Source of the DNA: Pseudomonas phage 201phi2-1
DNA: 32,000 nt
Strand: one strand, 5' to 3'
Sequence record: NC_010821.1
Shown here: positions 8,277-17,658 of the stretch, in pieces
Position numbering within the stretch: the stretch's first letter is position 1
Layout of the letters: each line of letters starts with the position of its first letter
Position numbers and translations under genes: made by a program
Notes under the pieces: model-generated
Databases searched by the model: none
The model's input: only the letters and a program-made list of their open reading frames with translations
What the model was told of the DNA's origin: nothing

Positions 8277-9950
8277 ATGTTTAACATTAACCAGGGCGCA
8301 ACAGTAGGTAATTCGCAAGTACGCTTTGAACCTAACGGTTTCATTGCAGTACAGACCGGCACCTATCAAGCACAATGTCTACGACCGTTTAAAAGTAATA
8401 CCAACGAGGCAGTAGTTGGTGCACTGCGTCAAGCTACTCACGATGGTCTTAACCTCGGCGTAGCAGCCGTGCAAGAGATCGCCTCTGATGTTATTGTTCC
8501 ACAAGCTATGGTCGAAGGTGAGGTAATGATTCCTCACAACTTCACCTCGGCACGATTCCGCCTGATGTGTCGTGTAAACGAATCGCATCCTTTCATTCAG
8601 GGTACCACTACCCAGCGAGTCTTCTTCGGTTACTCCGACCATTGTGACGTTGCAATGGGTGGTAAGCATCTGCCTGATGACATGCGGATTTACTTCAACT
8701 CTGAAACGATTATCCAAGAGTCTATCGTGCCAACTCCACATGGGCCACAGACTCAAGCCCGTATCATCGGATCTAACCAAATCATTTCCCCAGTCAACAT
8801 GATGGGTGGCAATAATGGGATGTTCGCTCGACCAAGTAACTTCTTGATTCGTCCTGAAGATAACTTTAACTTGATGCAGACTAAAGCAGTTGCAAAGAAC
8901 CTGCAAGAGAATGGTCTGGTTGATGTTAAGATCGATACCTCCTACGACTATCGCACGATGGTAGGTGAAGGTGGCTCGTTCAAGTATTCGATGCGTAAGG
9001 ACACTTCTCCAGTTCGTTATCTGTCGAGTTCGTTGGGTGCATATCAACATGCGCGTTCCGAATATAACGACACCATGCGTGATTCGGATACATTGCTGTT
9101 CAACAAAGGTTCTGATCCAACCGAGACACTGCTTGGCGAAGCGGCTAACATGTGTCGTAACCATGCAATCCAATCGAATACCTTCCTGGGTATTCTGCGT
9201 GAGCATGCTGGCTTCATGGAACGTGGCTATGTAACTTGGAAACGTTTGAAAGAACTGTTCCCAGAACTGTGCCATCCTGAAGTTGCTAAGTTCGCTATGA
9301 ACGATGGCACCACCCAGCGTAAGGTCGTTTCCCAAGCGCACCAATCGCAAACGTTCAATGGCGCTGACAATAAGTCCATCGCGGTGGCACTGTTGTCTCA
9401 GGCTATTCCATCGATCATGATGGATACGTTCTTCCGTCAAGTGTCCTTTGCGGTAACTAACGGTAGTGGTCCAAACGAATATCTGTTCGAGATCTTTCCG
9501 AATGGTACCCAGAGTATCATCCGTAACTTCGACATGCGTCCGTACATTCAACAATTGGAACGTCGCGTTAAAGTAGATATCCTGAACAATATCTCCCGTG
9601 GTAATCAGATCCCATTCCGTATCAGCTGTAGTTCGGACTTGGCTGGTGAAACCATTATGGACATCTCACTGGGTAATGATCCAGTAGAGCGTTACGTTGC
9701 ACCGACTTTCGCAGATAGTCTGTTCTCACCGGTGATCACTCGTAACCAAGAACTCTCCAATGAGATCGCTAACGATATCACGTGGCTGGTTCGTAAGGTT
9801 ATTGATGGTGACGCTAGTCGTCAACCTGAGATCGATATGACGCAAGTCTATACTCCTTATCAGCATCCTGTAGCACCAGCTGCACAGTTTAATCCTCAAG
9901 CACTTAATACCGGAGCACAAAACAATGTCGCAAACCTTGGCCTCCTATAA
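8277..9950 (+). CDS. Unknown function (557 aa); gene order suggests a phiKZ gp68/gp69-region homologue
   Basis: Intact ORF with AAGAGGTACGCAATAG upstream. Located two genes before the RNAP beta-type gene, ignoring the inverted small gene. Confidence 0.75.
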   Translation: MFNINQGATVGNSQVRFEPNGFIAVQTGTYQAQCLRPFKSNTNEAVVGALRQATHDGLNLGVAAVQEIASDVIVPQAMVEGEVMIPHNFTSARFRLMCRVNESHPFIQGTTTQRVFFGYSDHCDVAMGGKHLPDDMRIYFNSETIIQESIVPTPHGPQTQARIIGSNQIISPVNMMGGNNGMFARPSNFLIRPEDNFNLMQTKAVAKNLQENGLVDVKIDTSYDYRTMVGEGGSFKYSMRKDTSPVRYLSSSLGAYQHARSEYNDTMRDSDTLLFNKGSDPTETLLGEAANMCRNHAIQSNTFLGILREHAGFMERGYVTWKRLKELFPELCHPEVAKFAMNDGTTQRKVVSQAHQSQTFNGADNKSIAVALLSQAIPSIMMDTFFRQVSFAVTNGSGPNEYLFEIFPNGTQSIIRNFDMRPYIQQLERRVKVDILNNISRGNQIPFRISCSSDLAGETIMDISLGNDPVERYVAPTFADSLFSPVITRNQELSNEIANDITWLVRKVIDGDASRQPEIDMTQVYTPYQHPVAPAAQFNPQALNTGAQNNVANLGLL

Positions 9951-11250
9951 CGCCATTCTCCCAGCATTCAGCATCGTAGCTGATGACGATGGTCGACTGA
10001 GCCAGAAAAACCCACTCGGTACTCTGGCTCCATTGAGTATCGGTGGACAACGACTGGTACTCCCTTCTAAGGCTTGGCTGAAGAAGGGGTTCGGTGAAGA
10101 CCACGTACCGTTCCACCCACTGTGTGAAGTAATGTCTCGTGAAGGCACTTCCCCAGTAATCCAGCTGCTCCAGCGTCAAGCTAAAGCGGTAATCTCTTAC
10201 AACGTATTCAGTCTGCTGCAAGGACTGATGAAAGTTGCAGTCGATAAAGAATCTCACAAGGATCTGCCAATCGAATGCACTGACTTCCTGAAGAAGCTGA
10301 GTAACGCTGACAAGACCACTGCTGAACTGCTGGACAAACTGTTGTCCGCCGCTACTAAGAAGAACCGTCTGCTGACTGTTTATCTTAAGAATGGTGGTAA
10401 GTTTGATGGTAAGAAAGTTAACCGTTCGGCGATCATTCGATTCCCGATCATGGAAGACCTGCAAGCCGATCAAACCAACACTAACGTACTGGGGGTGACG
10501 ATTCCTAAGAAACAGCGTCCTACCCTGATCGCTCTGTTCAAGTTGGTCCTGCCATTCGGTGATAACCCAGAGGAATATTCCTTTGGTACCGTAGCCCGTG
10601 TAGCACCATATTACACTGCACTGCTGACTGCATATCACAAGATCGCTACCGTGTTGAATCAGTCGATCAATACGTATGGTGAGAAGCTTAACATCCCTGT
10701 TCGTCCAATCGAATTGTTTGATCTGGACTGCATCGATGAGTTCTCCAAGATCTATAACGAACTGCCAGCATTGAATGGTAACGAAGGTACCACCAAAGAG
10801 CAGGATCTGGAAGCGAGTGAAACTGTTGTACCGAAGAAGCAGCTTCGTGCTACTGAAACGGTTGCGCAGGTAGCCCGTAATGAGAACAAGCCTGTAGAAA
10901 CGCTGACCGAAGCATTGGTAACACGCGGATCTAATGGTGCATCGATGGACGACTTCATGAAAGCCATCAATCCACAGCCTCAGTTTAACCAGTATCCTCA
11001 GGCAACTCCACCGTCTAATGGTTATTTCCCACAAGGGCAATTCCCACAGCACAACGGTTTCAATAACGTAACCGGTTACGGTAACAATGGCTATCCGACG
11101 CAACAACCTCCAGTTGGTAACCCATATGCACCGATTCCAACGGCTGCTCCATGGGAACAACAGCAACAAGGTAGCTGGGGTGGTGGACCAGCTAACCCAT
11201 TCATGGCAGCTACTGCCACCGGTCGCGGTAACGGTATGGGTCTGATCTAA
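9925..11250 (+). CDS. Unknown function (441 aa) with disordered Q/N/P/G-rich C-terminal tail
   Basis: Intact ORF overlapping the previous gene by 26 nt. Tail from about 10957 is rich in PQ, GNNGYPTQQPP and QQQQGSWGGG. Confidence 0.75.
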   Translation: MSQTLASYNAILPAFSIVADDDGRLSQKNPLGTLAPLSIGGQRLVLPSKAWLKKGFGEDHVPFHPLCEVMSREGTSPVIQLLQRQAKAVISYNVFSLLQGLMKVAVDKESHKDLPIECTDFLKKLSNADKTTAELLDKLLSAATKKNRLLTVYLKNGGKFDGKKVNRSAIIRFPIMEDLQADQTNTNVLGVTIPKKQRPTLIALFKLVLPFGDNPEEYSFGTVARVAPYYTALLTAYHKIATVLNQSINTYGEKLNIPVRPIELFDLDCIDEFSKIYNELPALNGNEGTTKEQDLEASETVVPKKQLRATETVAQVARNENKPVETLTEALVTRGSNGASMDDFMKAINPQPQFNQYPQATPPSNGYFPQGQFPQHNGFNNVTGYGNNGYPTQQPPVGNPYAPIPTAAPWEQQQQGSWGGGPANPFMAATATGRGNGMGLI

Positions 11251-11260
11251 ACGGCATAAG

Positions 11261-11298
11261 CTGGGGTCTTCGGACCCCAGTCTATACCTTCTTTTTTA
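11261..11298 (+). terminator. Rho-independent terminator with UUCG loop
   Basis: CTGGGGTC-TTCG-GACCCCAG followed by TCTATACCTTCTTTTTT. Confidence 0.85.
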
Positions 11299-11307
11299 CG
11301 CGGGTTT

Positions 11308-11673
11308 TTATGACCGACGAAGCGTCATGTAGTATTGTTGGATCTCAGCTATTGCGTTAGGGTGTGGTTCCAGTAACTTAGGAATACTGCCGTCGGAATA
11401 GACATCTCTTAAAGATGCACCAAACTGTTGCGGGTGAGTCATGCCATTGACTCGTAACATAACCCAAAACATTTCCGCCCGGTAACCTTTATATAGAAGG
11501 AAGCCATAGAAATCACTTTCAAACTGATAATACTCATCACCAGTGATATCTTTTGGTATGGCATAGATCGTTCTTAATTGAGGGAGATGCATTTCGATAA
11601 TGTGTTGGAACAAAGGTTCGTAGAACATACTTGGTCCAGGTTTAAGCATCTGATTAACAATAGTAAATGCCAT
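11308..11673 (-). CDS. Small hypothetical protein (MAFTIVNQMLKPG...)
   Basis: Single inverted ORF. On the minus strand the second ATG (11673) is preceded by a GGAG RBS (ATGGAGACTCCAATG), so it is preferred over the track start at 11685. Confidence 0.65.
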   Translation of the reverse strand: MAFTIVNQMLKPGPSMFYEPLFQHIIEMHLPQLRTIYAIPKDITGDEYYQFESDFYGFLLYKGYRAEMFWVMLRVNGMTHPQQFGASLRDVYSDGSIPKLLEPHPNAIAEIQQYYMTLRRS

Positions 11674-11702
11674 TGGAGTCTCCATAGATTTTATTTGAGA
11701 TT

Positions 11703-11717
11703 TATATTACTAAAGTG
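11703..11717 (+). promoter_or_regulatory. Putative early promoter TATATTACTAAAGTG
   Basis: TTTATTTGAGATT|TATATTACT|AAA|GTG, matching the copy at 6641. It lies upstream of the RNAP-encoding operon. Confidence 0.75.
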
Positions 11718-11738
11718 TCTATATGGTTGGAGGATTAA

Positions 11739-11918
11739 ATGTCGGAATCATTAGAACGGGTCATAAGTAAAAAATTACCTGACGGCAAACTATATGTAGA
11801 GGAAACTAACTTGAGTGAACATTGGCATCGGCATGTTAAAGAACATGGTCCGGGGCCAGAGGCTTATGCCCTTTACAACATAGTGATGTGTTACTTTGAG
11901 GAACATAAGAATGATTGA
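11739..11918 (+). CDS. Small hypothetical protein (59 aa, MSESLERVISKKLPDGKLYVEETNLSEHWHRH...)
   Basis: Hand translation. GGTTGGAGGATTAA RBS; stop TGA 11916-11918 overlaps the beta-subunit start. Absent from the supplied track. Confidence 0.7.
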   Translation: MSESLERVISKKLPDGKLYVEETNLSEHWHRHVKEHGPGPEAYALYNIVMCYFEEHKND

Positions 11919-14022
11919 ACAGAAGCGCGTAGTCCGTGAATTGAAGAACCGTTATGTAGGTAACGGTATTATCGATCCATGGCTAGGTACGACATCCGCA
12001 GCTCGCGGCGCAATGTTGCTGGGCCAGATTACTCAGGCTCCTACAATCATTGGGGCGGAACAACGACTCTTTCAAACCGGTGGTGAGCTACGCTTCGGTG
12101 AACATAACTTCGATGTACGTATTCCAGAAGACTGTCAGATTCTGAACGTGGTTCGAAAGTATCCAACTGGTATGGGTGCAGATGCTATTCGACATAACCC
12201 AGAGACTACGATCGTTTATGAGAACTATTACGATGAGTTCAAAACTGTAGGTATCGTTAAGGTACCCGAGTTCATGAGCTTTCACCAGACGTTTGGTTTT
12301 AAGCTTAATAAAGCTAAAGACGTTTGGGATAACATTCATCCGGGTGCAATGGTTTCCAAAGATACCATTCTGGCCGAGTCGGCGGGTAAGTCTAAAGACG
12401 GTCACTTCTGTGCCGGTATGAACGTGAACGCATGTTTCATGTCGCACCATGCTACCATCGAGGACGGTTTCTGGATCTCTGATGAAATCCTTGAGCAATT
12501 CGCACCACACGCTTATGGTACAGCTATTGGTAGTTGTGGGCGAAAGAGCTTTCTGTTGAACGCTTATGGTAACAAACCATTCCCGGATATCGGCGATCGA
12601 ATCCGAGAAGACGGTGTTGTCTTTGCCATGCGGGATCTGTCGGATGACTTGGCTCCAGCTGAGATGACTAAGCGTGCATTGTCTGATATCGATCGTACCT
12701 TTGACCGTGTTGTAATCGGTGAACCAGGGGCTATCGTAAAAGACATCAAGATCTATCGTGATGAACGGCAGAACCCTAGTTTCATTCCATCTGGGATGGA
12801 GCCACAACTGGTTAAGTATTACGATGCTCTGTGCATGTACTATCGTGAAATTCTTCGCATCTATAATGACCTGAAGAAAAAGCGTAAAGATCGCCTGCGT
12901 ATTTCTGATGAGTTCAACCAACTGATCGTAGAAGCACTGATCTATCTACCGCAAGCTGAAGGCCAACGTAAGCTGACTCGTATGTATCGTCTTGAGCCTC
13001 TGGACGAATGGCGCATCGAGATCACTTATGAATCCCTGAAGCAACCAGGTGGTGCTTACAAGATCACTGACTTCTTCGGTGGTAAAGGTGTAGTATGTAA
13101 GACTTCTCCACGGTCTGAAATGCCAAGGGATGAGTTCGGTAATATAGCTGACGTGGTGATCTTCGGTGGTTCGACCATGCGTCGATCTAACTATGGTCGG
13201 ATTTATGAACATGGCTTCGGTGCTACTGTTCGTGATCTGTGTCAGCGTCTGCGGGTAGAGGCTGGATTTGATCGTCATGCTGAATTGAATAACATTGATT
13301 TCGCACAGTCCAAAGCATTTAATGATCCGGCATGGATCGAGTATGCATTCAACGAGTTCCAAGAACTCTGGTGGATCATTGCTCCAACCATGCATGAAAT
13401 CATGAAAGAGCATCCGAACCATAAAGAATACGTTAAGTCGGCGCTGCGTCAAGGTACTACTGTTGTTTATACACCGATCGATGATACCACTCACTTGCCA
13501 ACTGCAATGAATACTATCATCAACACCAAGTTCCGTCCGAACTATACTCCAGTTACTTATACTGATCCAGGTGGACGTGTGGTAACCACTAAGAACAACG
13601 TTCTGATTGGTCCACTGTACATGATGCTGTTGGAGAAGATTGGTGATGACTGGTCATCTGTAGCTTCTGTAAAAGTTCAACAGTTTGGTCTGCCGTCCAA
13701 GCTGAACAACTTTGACCGTTCCAGTACTCCTGGTCGTGAATCTGCTGTCCGGTCGTTCGGTGAGTCTGAGACTCGTTCGTATAACTGCACTGTAGGTCCT
13801 GAACCTACCATGGAATTGGTTGACCAGACCAACAATCCATTGGCTCACGTTGAAGTCGTTGAACAGTTCTTGACTCAAGAGAAACCGACCCGTATTGATC
13901 GGGCTGTCGATCGGAAGAAGATTCCGTTCGGTAACTCTCGTCCAGTCAGTCTGCTGAACCACATGATGCAAACTCGCGGTATTGAATTTAAATATGCGTC
14001 GAGTCCATCGGCATCGCACTAA
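11911..14022 (+). CDS. DNA-directed RNA polymerase beta subunit, C-terminal-type segment (probable non-virion RNAP, phiKZ gp71-73-like)
   Basis: DFFGGKGVV resembles the beta G-N-K-G-V motif; GFGATVRDL and PGRESAVRSFGESE resemble the beta C-terminal GGxRFGEMEVWAL region. ATG 11911 (MIEQKRVV) preferred over TTG 11896. Confidence 0.85.
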   Translation: MIEQKRVVRELKNRYVGNGIIDPWLGTTSAARGAMLLGQITQAPTIIGAEQRLFQTGGELRFGEHNFDVRIPEDCQILNVVRKYPTGMGADAIRHNPETTIVYENYYDEFKTVGIVKVPEFMSFHQTFGFKLNKAKDVWDNIHPGAMVSKDTILAESAGKSKDGHFCAGMNVNACFMSHHATIEDGFWISDEILEQFAPHAYGTAIGSCGRKSFLLNAYGNKPFPDIGDRIREDGVVFAMRDLSDDLAPAEMTKRALSDIDRTFDRVVIGEPGAIVKDIKIYRDERQNPSFIPSGMEPQLVKYYDALCMYYREILRIYNDLKKKRKDRLRISDEFNQLIVEALIYLPQAEGQRKLTRMYRLEPLDEWRIEITYESLKQPGGAYKITDFFGGKGVVCKTSPRSEMPRDEFGNIADVVIFGGSTMRRSNYGRIYEHGFGATVRDLCQRLRVEAGFDRHAELNNIDFAQSKAFNDPAWIEYAFNEFQELWWIIAPTMHEIMKEHPNHKEYVKSALRQGTTVVYTPIDDTTHLPTAMNTIINTKFRPNYTPVTYTDPGGRVVTTKNNVLIGPLYMMLLEKIGDDWSSVASVKVQQFGLPSKLNNFDRSSTPGRESAVRSFGESETRSYNCTVGPEPTMELVDQTNNPLAHVEVVEQFLTQEKPTRIDRAVDRKKIPFGNSRPVSLLNHMMQTRGIEFKYASSPSASH

Positions 14023-14032
14023 GAGGTAATGC

Positions 14033-16012
14033 ATGCGTAAGTTGAATGTATATGATGCACGCGCACTGGTCAACATGTCTTATGATGACCTATACGCAAT
14101 CCCGTCTGAATGGCATACCATCAAGTTTGCCGATGGTGAACTGACTGTAAAAGATCGGATCACTAAACTAACCGCTTGGCTGTGGAGTCCCTTTCGGGGA
14201 TTCCCAGACGTACCAATCCTTAAGGAACATCATCTAAACGATCAACGCGTAACTGCTAAATCTTTGGTGAAGCTGGTTGAGAAAATCATCTGGCATATCC
14301 ATGCAACTAACCCAACACCAGTAGATCCTGAACTGTTGGCACGCTTGGCGATTGAAGCTACTAACAACTTCTATAACCAAGCAACCATTCAGCTGGGTGA
14401 GTACGTTGCAACACTCAGTATGTTTGAGATCAATGAACTATGGTGGCATCCTCGTGTTCGGGAAGCTAACACTGATATCGATCCAACGACTTATGGTATC
14501 GAACAAGTCTGCTATAAAGAGCTTAAAGACGTGTTCATGGACCCAGGTGAGTTCAAGGGTAACTCCATCACTGAAGGTCTTAAGTCTGGTACTCAAAAGC
14601 TGGATTCGTTGTATCAGGCATTCGGTGCTCGTGGTTTCCCAACTGACATCGACTCGGCGATCTTCCCTGAACCGGTACTGACTGGTTACATCGAAGGTAT
14701 CTGGGGGCTCTATGAAAACATGGTTGAGTCTCGGTCTGGTACCAAAGCTCTTCTATATAACAAAGAGTTGTTGCGTGTAACCGAGTACTTTAACCGGAAG
14801 TCTCAGCTGATCGCTCAGTATGTAAACCATCTGCATTATGGTGACTGTGGTGCCGAGTATATCTCCTTCCCGGTGATGAAAGGTTATCTCAAAGCCATGA
14901 ACGGTAAGTTCTATCTGAACGAAACCACTGGTAAGATGGATGTACTGACTGGTAATGAAACTCATCTGATCGGTAAACGAATCAAGATGCGTTCTGTGGT
15001 TGGTTGCGTGCATCCTGATCCTCAGGGTATCTGCTCTACGTGTTATGGTCTGCTTGCAGATAACATTCCACGTGGTACCAACATCGGTCAAGTAGCGGCT
15101 GTATCCATGGGTGACAAAATTACTTCGTCTGTATTGTCTACTAAACACACCGATGCTACATCGGCTGTTGAGCAATACAAGCTGGGTGGTATTGAAGCCA
15201 AGTATCTTCGTGAGGGTACGCTATCGGAAACACTCTATCTGAAACCTGAGTTAGCAGGTATGGGTTATAAGTTGATGATCTCTAAGAATGAAGCCTCTAA
15301 CTTGGCAGACGTTCTGATGATTGAAAACTTGCATGGTTATCCACCAAGCTCCGCTACTGAGATGACTAAGATTGGTTTGGTTCGTCAAGTTGATGGTGTA
15401 GACGTCGGGGACGTTCTGACTGTTAGTTTGTATAACCGTAAAGCTAGTCTGTCGCTCGAAGTGTTGAAGCATGTTAAGAAAGTGCAATGGCAGCCAGACG
15501 ATCGTGGTAACATCGTGATTGATCTTGATGGTTTCGACCACACACAACCATTCCTAACGTTGCCATATAAACACGTTAACATGTATGAAGTAATGAAGCG
15601 AATTCAAAGCTTCTTGCATTCGGGTTCGGATACCGAAGGTTCTAAACTGAGTTCCGACAAGGTAGGTTTTACTAGCAAGACCTATCTTAAGAACTACGAA
15701 AACGTCATTGAAGGTGTAGTCGCAACAGCATCGTTGATCAACGAAAAGATTAATTTGCCATTGGTACACTGTGAAGTATTGGCGTATGCTATGACAATTA
15801 AATCTGCTCAGCGTAAGGACTATAACCTGCCTAAGCCTGGTTACCTAGGTCAGTTTGAGAAATATAACAAGCTGATGCATTCACGTGACTTGGCTGGTAC
15901 GATGGCCTTTGAGAAACAGCATGAGCCTTTCGCAAACCCAGCAAGCTTCCTCTATACTGAACGTAACGATCATCCATATGGTCTTATGGTAAGAGGTGGA
16001 CAGCTCAACTAA
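14033..16012 (+). CDS. DNA-directed RNA polymerase beta' subunit, C-terminal-type segment (probable non-virion RNAP, phiKZ gp74-like)
   Basis: SRSGTKALLYNKELLRVTEYFNRKSQL aligns with the bridge-helix region. GCVHPDPQGICSTCYGLLADNIPRGTNIGQVAAVSMGDKITSSVLSTKHTDATS aligns with beta' GVCxxCYGxDLAxxxxxNIGEAVGxIAAQSIGEPGTQLTxRTFHxGG. Confidence 0.88.
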   Translation: MRKLNVYDARALVNMSYDDLYAIPSEWHTIKFADGELTVKDRITKLTAWLWSPFRGFPDVPILKEHHLNDQRVTAKSLVKLVEKIIWHIHATNPTPVDPELLARLAIEATNNFYNQATIQLGEYVATLSMFEINELWWHPRVREANTDIDPTTYGIEQVCYKELKDVFMDPGEFKGNSITEGLKSGTQKLDSLYQAFGARGFPTDIDSAIFPEPVLTGYIEGIWGLYENMVESRSGTKALLYNKELLRVTEYFNRKSQLIAQYVNHLHYGDCGAEYISFPVMKGYLKAMNGKFYLNETTGKMDVLTGNETHLIGKRIKMRSVVGCVHPDPQGICSTCYGLLADNIPRGTNIGQVAAVSMGDKITSSVLSTKHTDATSAVEQYKLGGIEAKYLREGTLSETLYLKPELAGMGYKLMISKNEASNLADVLMIENLHGYPPSSATEMTKIGLVRQVDGVDVGDVLTVSLYNRKASLSLEVLKHVKKVQWQPDDRGNIVIDLDGFDHTQPFLTLPYKHVNMYEVMKRIQSFLHSGSDTEGSKLSSDKVGFTSKTYLKNYENVIEGVVATASLINEKINLPLVHCEVLAYAMTIKSAQRKDYNLPKPGYLGQFEKYNKLMHSRDLAGTMAFEKQHEPFANPASFLYTERNDHPYGLMVRGGQLN

Positions 16013-16028
16013 ACTGGAGGTCGAGGTG

Positions 16029-16070
16029 ACGGGGGAGCTTCGGCTCCCCCGTAGTCTCGTTTTAATTTTT
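16029..16070 (+). terminator. Rho-independent terminator with UUCG loop
   Basis: ACGGGGGAGC-TTCG-GCTCCCCCGT (10 bp) followed by TTTTAATTTTTT. Confidence 0.85.
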
Positions 16071-16071
16071 T

Positions 16072-17613
16072 ATGAAGCCCTTATTAATCGCAGAACGCTA
16101 TACTCACGGGGTACGCTTATCGGGATATACGCGAGAAACATTCGACAAAATGGCTGCGTTCCTTGAGGGACTAAACCTTAAAGAACCTAAGAAGCTTCCG
16201 GGTAACCGAATGGTGATGGAGCTTAAGAAACGTTACTATGGTGTATTCGAAGACTTGTCGGAAGTATACATCCACCGTAACAGTTTACCTGATCTGATCG
16301 GTTATCTTGAAAATCGAAACATTCCAAAAGAGTGTATCGAGATCATCGACATTCCGGTGCCTACACCAGCGACAGCTCACTACGACATGTTCGAGATGTT
16401 TGTTCTACGGGACTATCAAGAACTAATCGTTGAGGACATCCTCAGGCCACAATACCACTCTGCACGTGTTGACTTGCAGACAGGTAAAGGTAAGACACTG
16501 AGTGCTCTTGCAGCGCTTGCTAGACGCAAATGCCGGTGTGTTGTAATGGTGCCACCTAAGTACTTCGGTATTTGGATTAAAGCTCTTAAGGAGACCTACA
16601 AGGGCTATACCGACGAGTCTTTGAACTGGATGACCGTATCTGGTTCAGCCGAACTACAGAAACTTATTGACCGAGGTATTGAAAATGATCTTGAAGGGGT
16701 TGACGTCATCGTCATCTCTAACGTTACTTACCGCTCGTATATCGACAACTACGAGAAGTATGGGTCAAAGATTAGTGGACTTGGCTATAACTGTCCGCCT
16801 CCGCGATTCCATGAAGCCATTGGCGCTGGATTCCAAATCAACGACGAAATCCAAGAAGATCCAGGACTTGTGTTTCGTATTGACATGTACACTAACGTTA
16901 ATCTTCAAGTTTATCTGTCTGCTACTCCTTTCACAGGTAATGCCTATGTAACTAAGATGATTGATAAGATGCTTCCACCGGACACCATGGTACGGTTGCC
17001 GAATCTGGACGTCTATATCAACGCAATGTGTCTAAGGTACTGTGAACCGGGTATTAAACCTAAAGACTATCTGACTCCGTTTAAGAACACGTATAACCAT
17101 GCGCGTTATGAAACGCAGATGATGAAAGATAAGAAACGACTACATGCTTACAAAACGATGGTGGGTAATATCACTAAAGGTTTGTTTGTTAATGACATGC
17201 TTCCTAAACAGAAGCTATTGTTGTTGTGTGCTACTGTAGCATTCATCGACGAGATAGTAGCTTATCTAAAAGAGCGATTCCCTGATCTACAGATTAATGG
17301 GCATTACTCAGGTAGTCCGTTTGAAAGGCTACAAAAGAATGATATCACTGTATCCACGATTAAGTCGTCGGGTACTGGTGTAGACATTCACAACTTACGT
17401 GAAGTAGGTCTGTTACAGGCTACCGACTCTAAGAAGGATAATATCCAGATCTTAGGTCGGCTACGTAAGTTAAAAGACTACCCTGATGTTGTACCACGTT
17501 TAACCTTCTTAGCTTGTGAATCGATACCGCACCACATGCGTTACGCTGCAAGCAAGCGTGATCATTTCGATGGTCGTGTGCTAAACATGAAAACCATGCG
17601 CATCAACATGTAA
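16072..17613 (+). CDS. SF2 helicase/ATPase, UvsW-like
   Basis: Walker A DLQTGKGKT, DEIQ in the DExx position, SATPFTGN (motif III), STIKSSGTGVDI (motif V), QILGRLRKL (motif VI). Confidence 0.87.
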   Translation: MKPLLIAERYTHGVRLSGYTRETFDKMAAFLEGLNLKEPKKLPGNRMVMELKKRYYGVFEDLSEVYIHRNSLPDLIGYLENRNIPKECIEIIDIPVPTPATAHYDMFEMFVLRDYQELIVEDILRPQYHSARVDLQTGKGKTLSALAALARRKCRCVVMVPPKYFGIWIKALKETYKGYTDESLNWMTVSGSAELQKLIDRGIENDLEGVDVIVISNVTYRSYIDNYEKYGSKISGLGYNCPPPRFHEAIGAGFQINDEIQEDPGLVFRIDMYTNVNLQVYLSATPFTGNAYVTKMIDKMLPPDTMVRLPNLDVYINAMCLRYCEPGIKPKDYLTPFKNTYNHARYETQMMKDKKRLHAYKTMVGNITKGLFVNDMLPKQKLLLLCATVAFIDEIVAYLKERFPDLQINGHYSGSPFERLQKNDITVSTIKSSGTGVDIHNLREVGLLQATDSKKDNIQILGRLRKLKDYPDVVPRLTFLACESIPHHMRYAASKRDHFDGRVLNMKTMRINM

Positions 17614-17617
17614 GCTC

Positions 17618-17645
17618 GTCCTCCCCTAGGGGAGGACTTTATTCC
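17618..17645 (+). terminator. Putative terminator (palindromic)
   Basis: GTCCTCCCCTAGGGGAGGAC perfect 20-nt palindrome followed by TTTATT. Confidence 0.7.
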
Positions 17646-17658
17646 GTCGAGGTGAAAG

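Noticed and set aside
8379-9554. 391-aa antisense ORF
   Set aside because: Antisense to 8277-9950, atypical composition, no supporting features.
10610-10617. ATATTACACTG near-match to the early element inside 9925-11250
   Set aside because: First base of the core and the GTG spacing are missing, and it is intragenic.
9904-11169. 421-aa antisense ORF on the minus strand
   Set aside because: Fully antisense to the well-supported 9925-11250 gene. Composition is biased (W/R/L/C/T-rich), it has no recognisable domain and no operon context. It looks like a shadow ORF from codon usage.
12088-12921. 277-aa antisense ORF within the RNAP beta-type gene
   Set aside because: The plus strand carries clear RNAP motifs. 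Same shadow-ORF pattern is seen at 7228-7818, 12946-13494 and 23545-24423.
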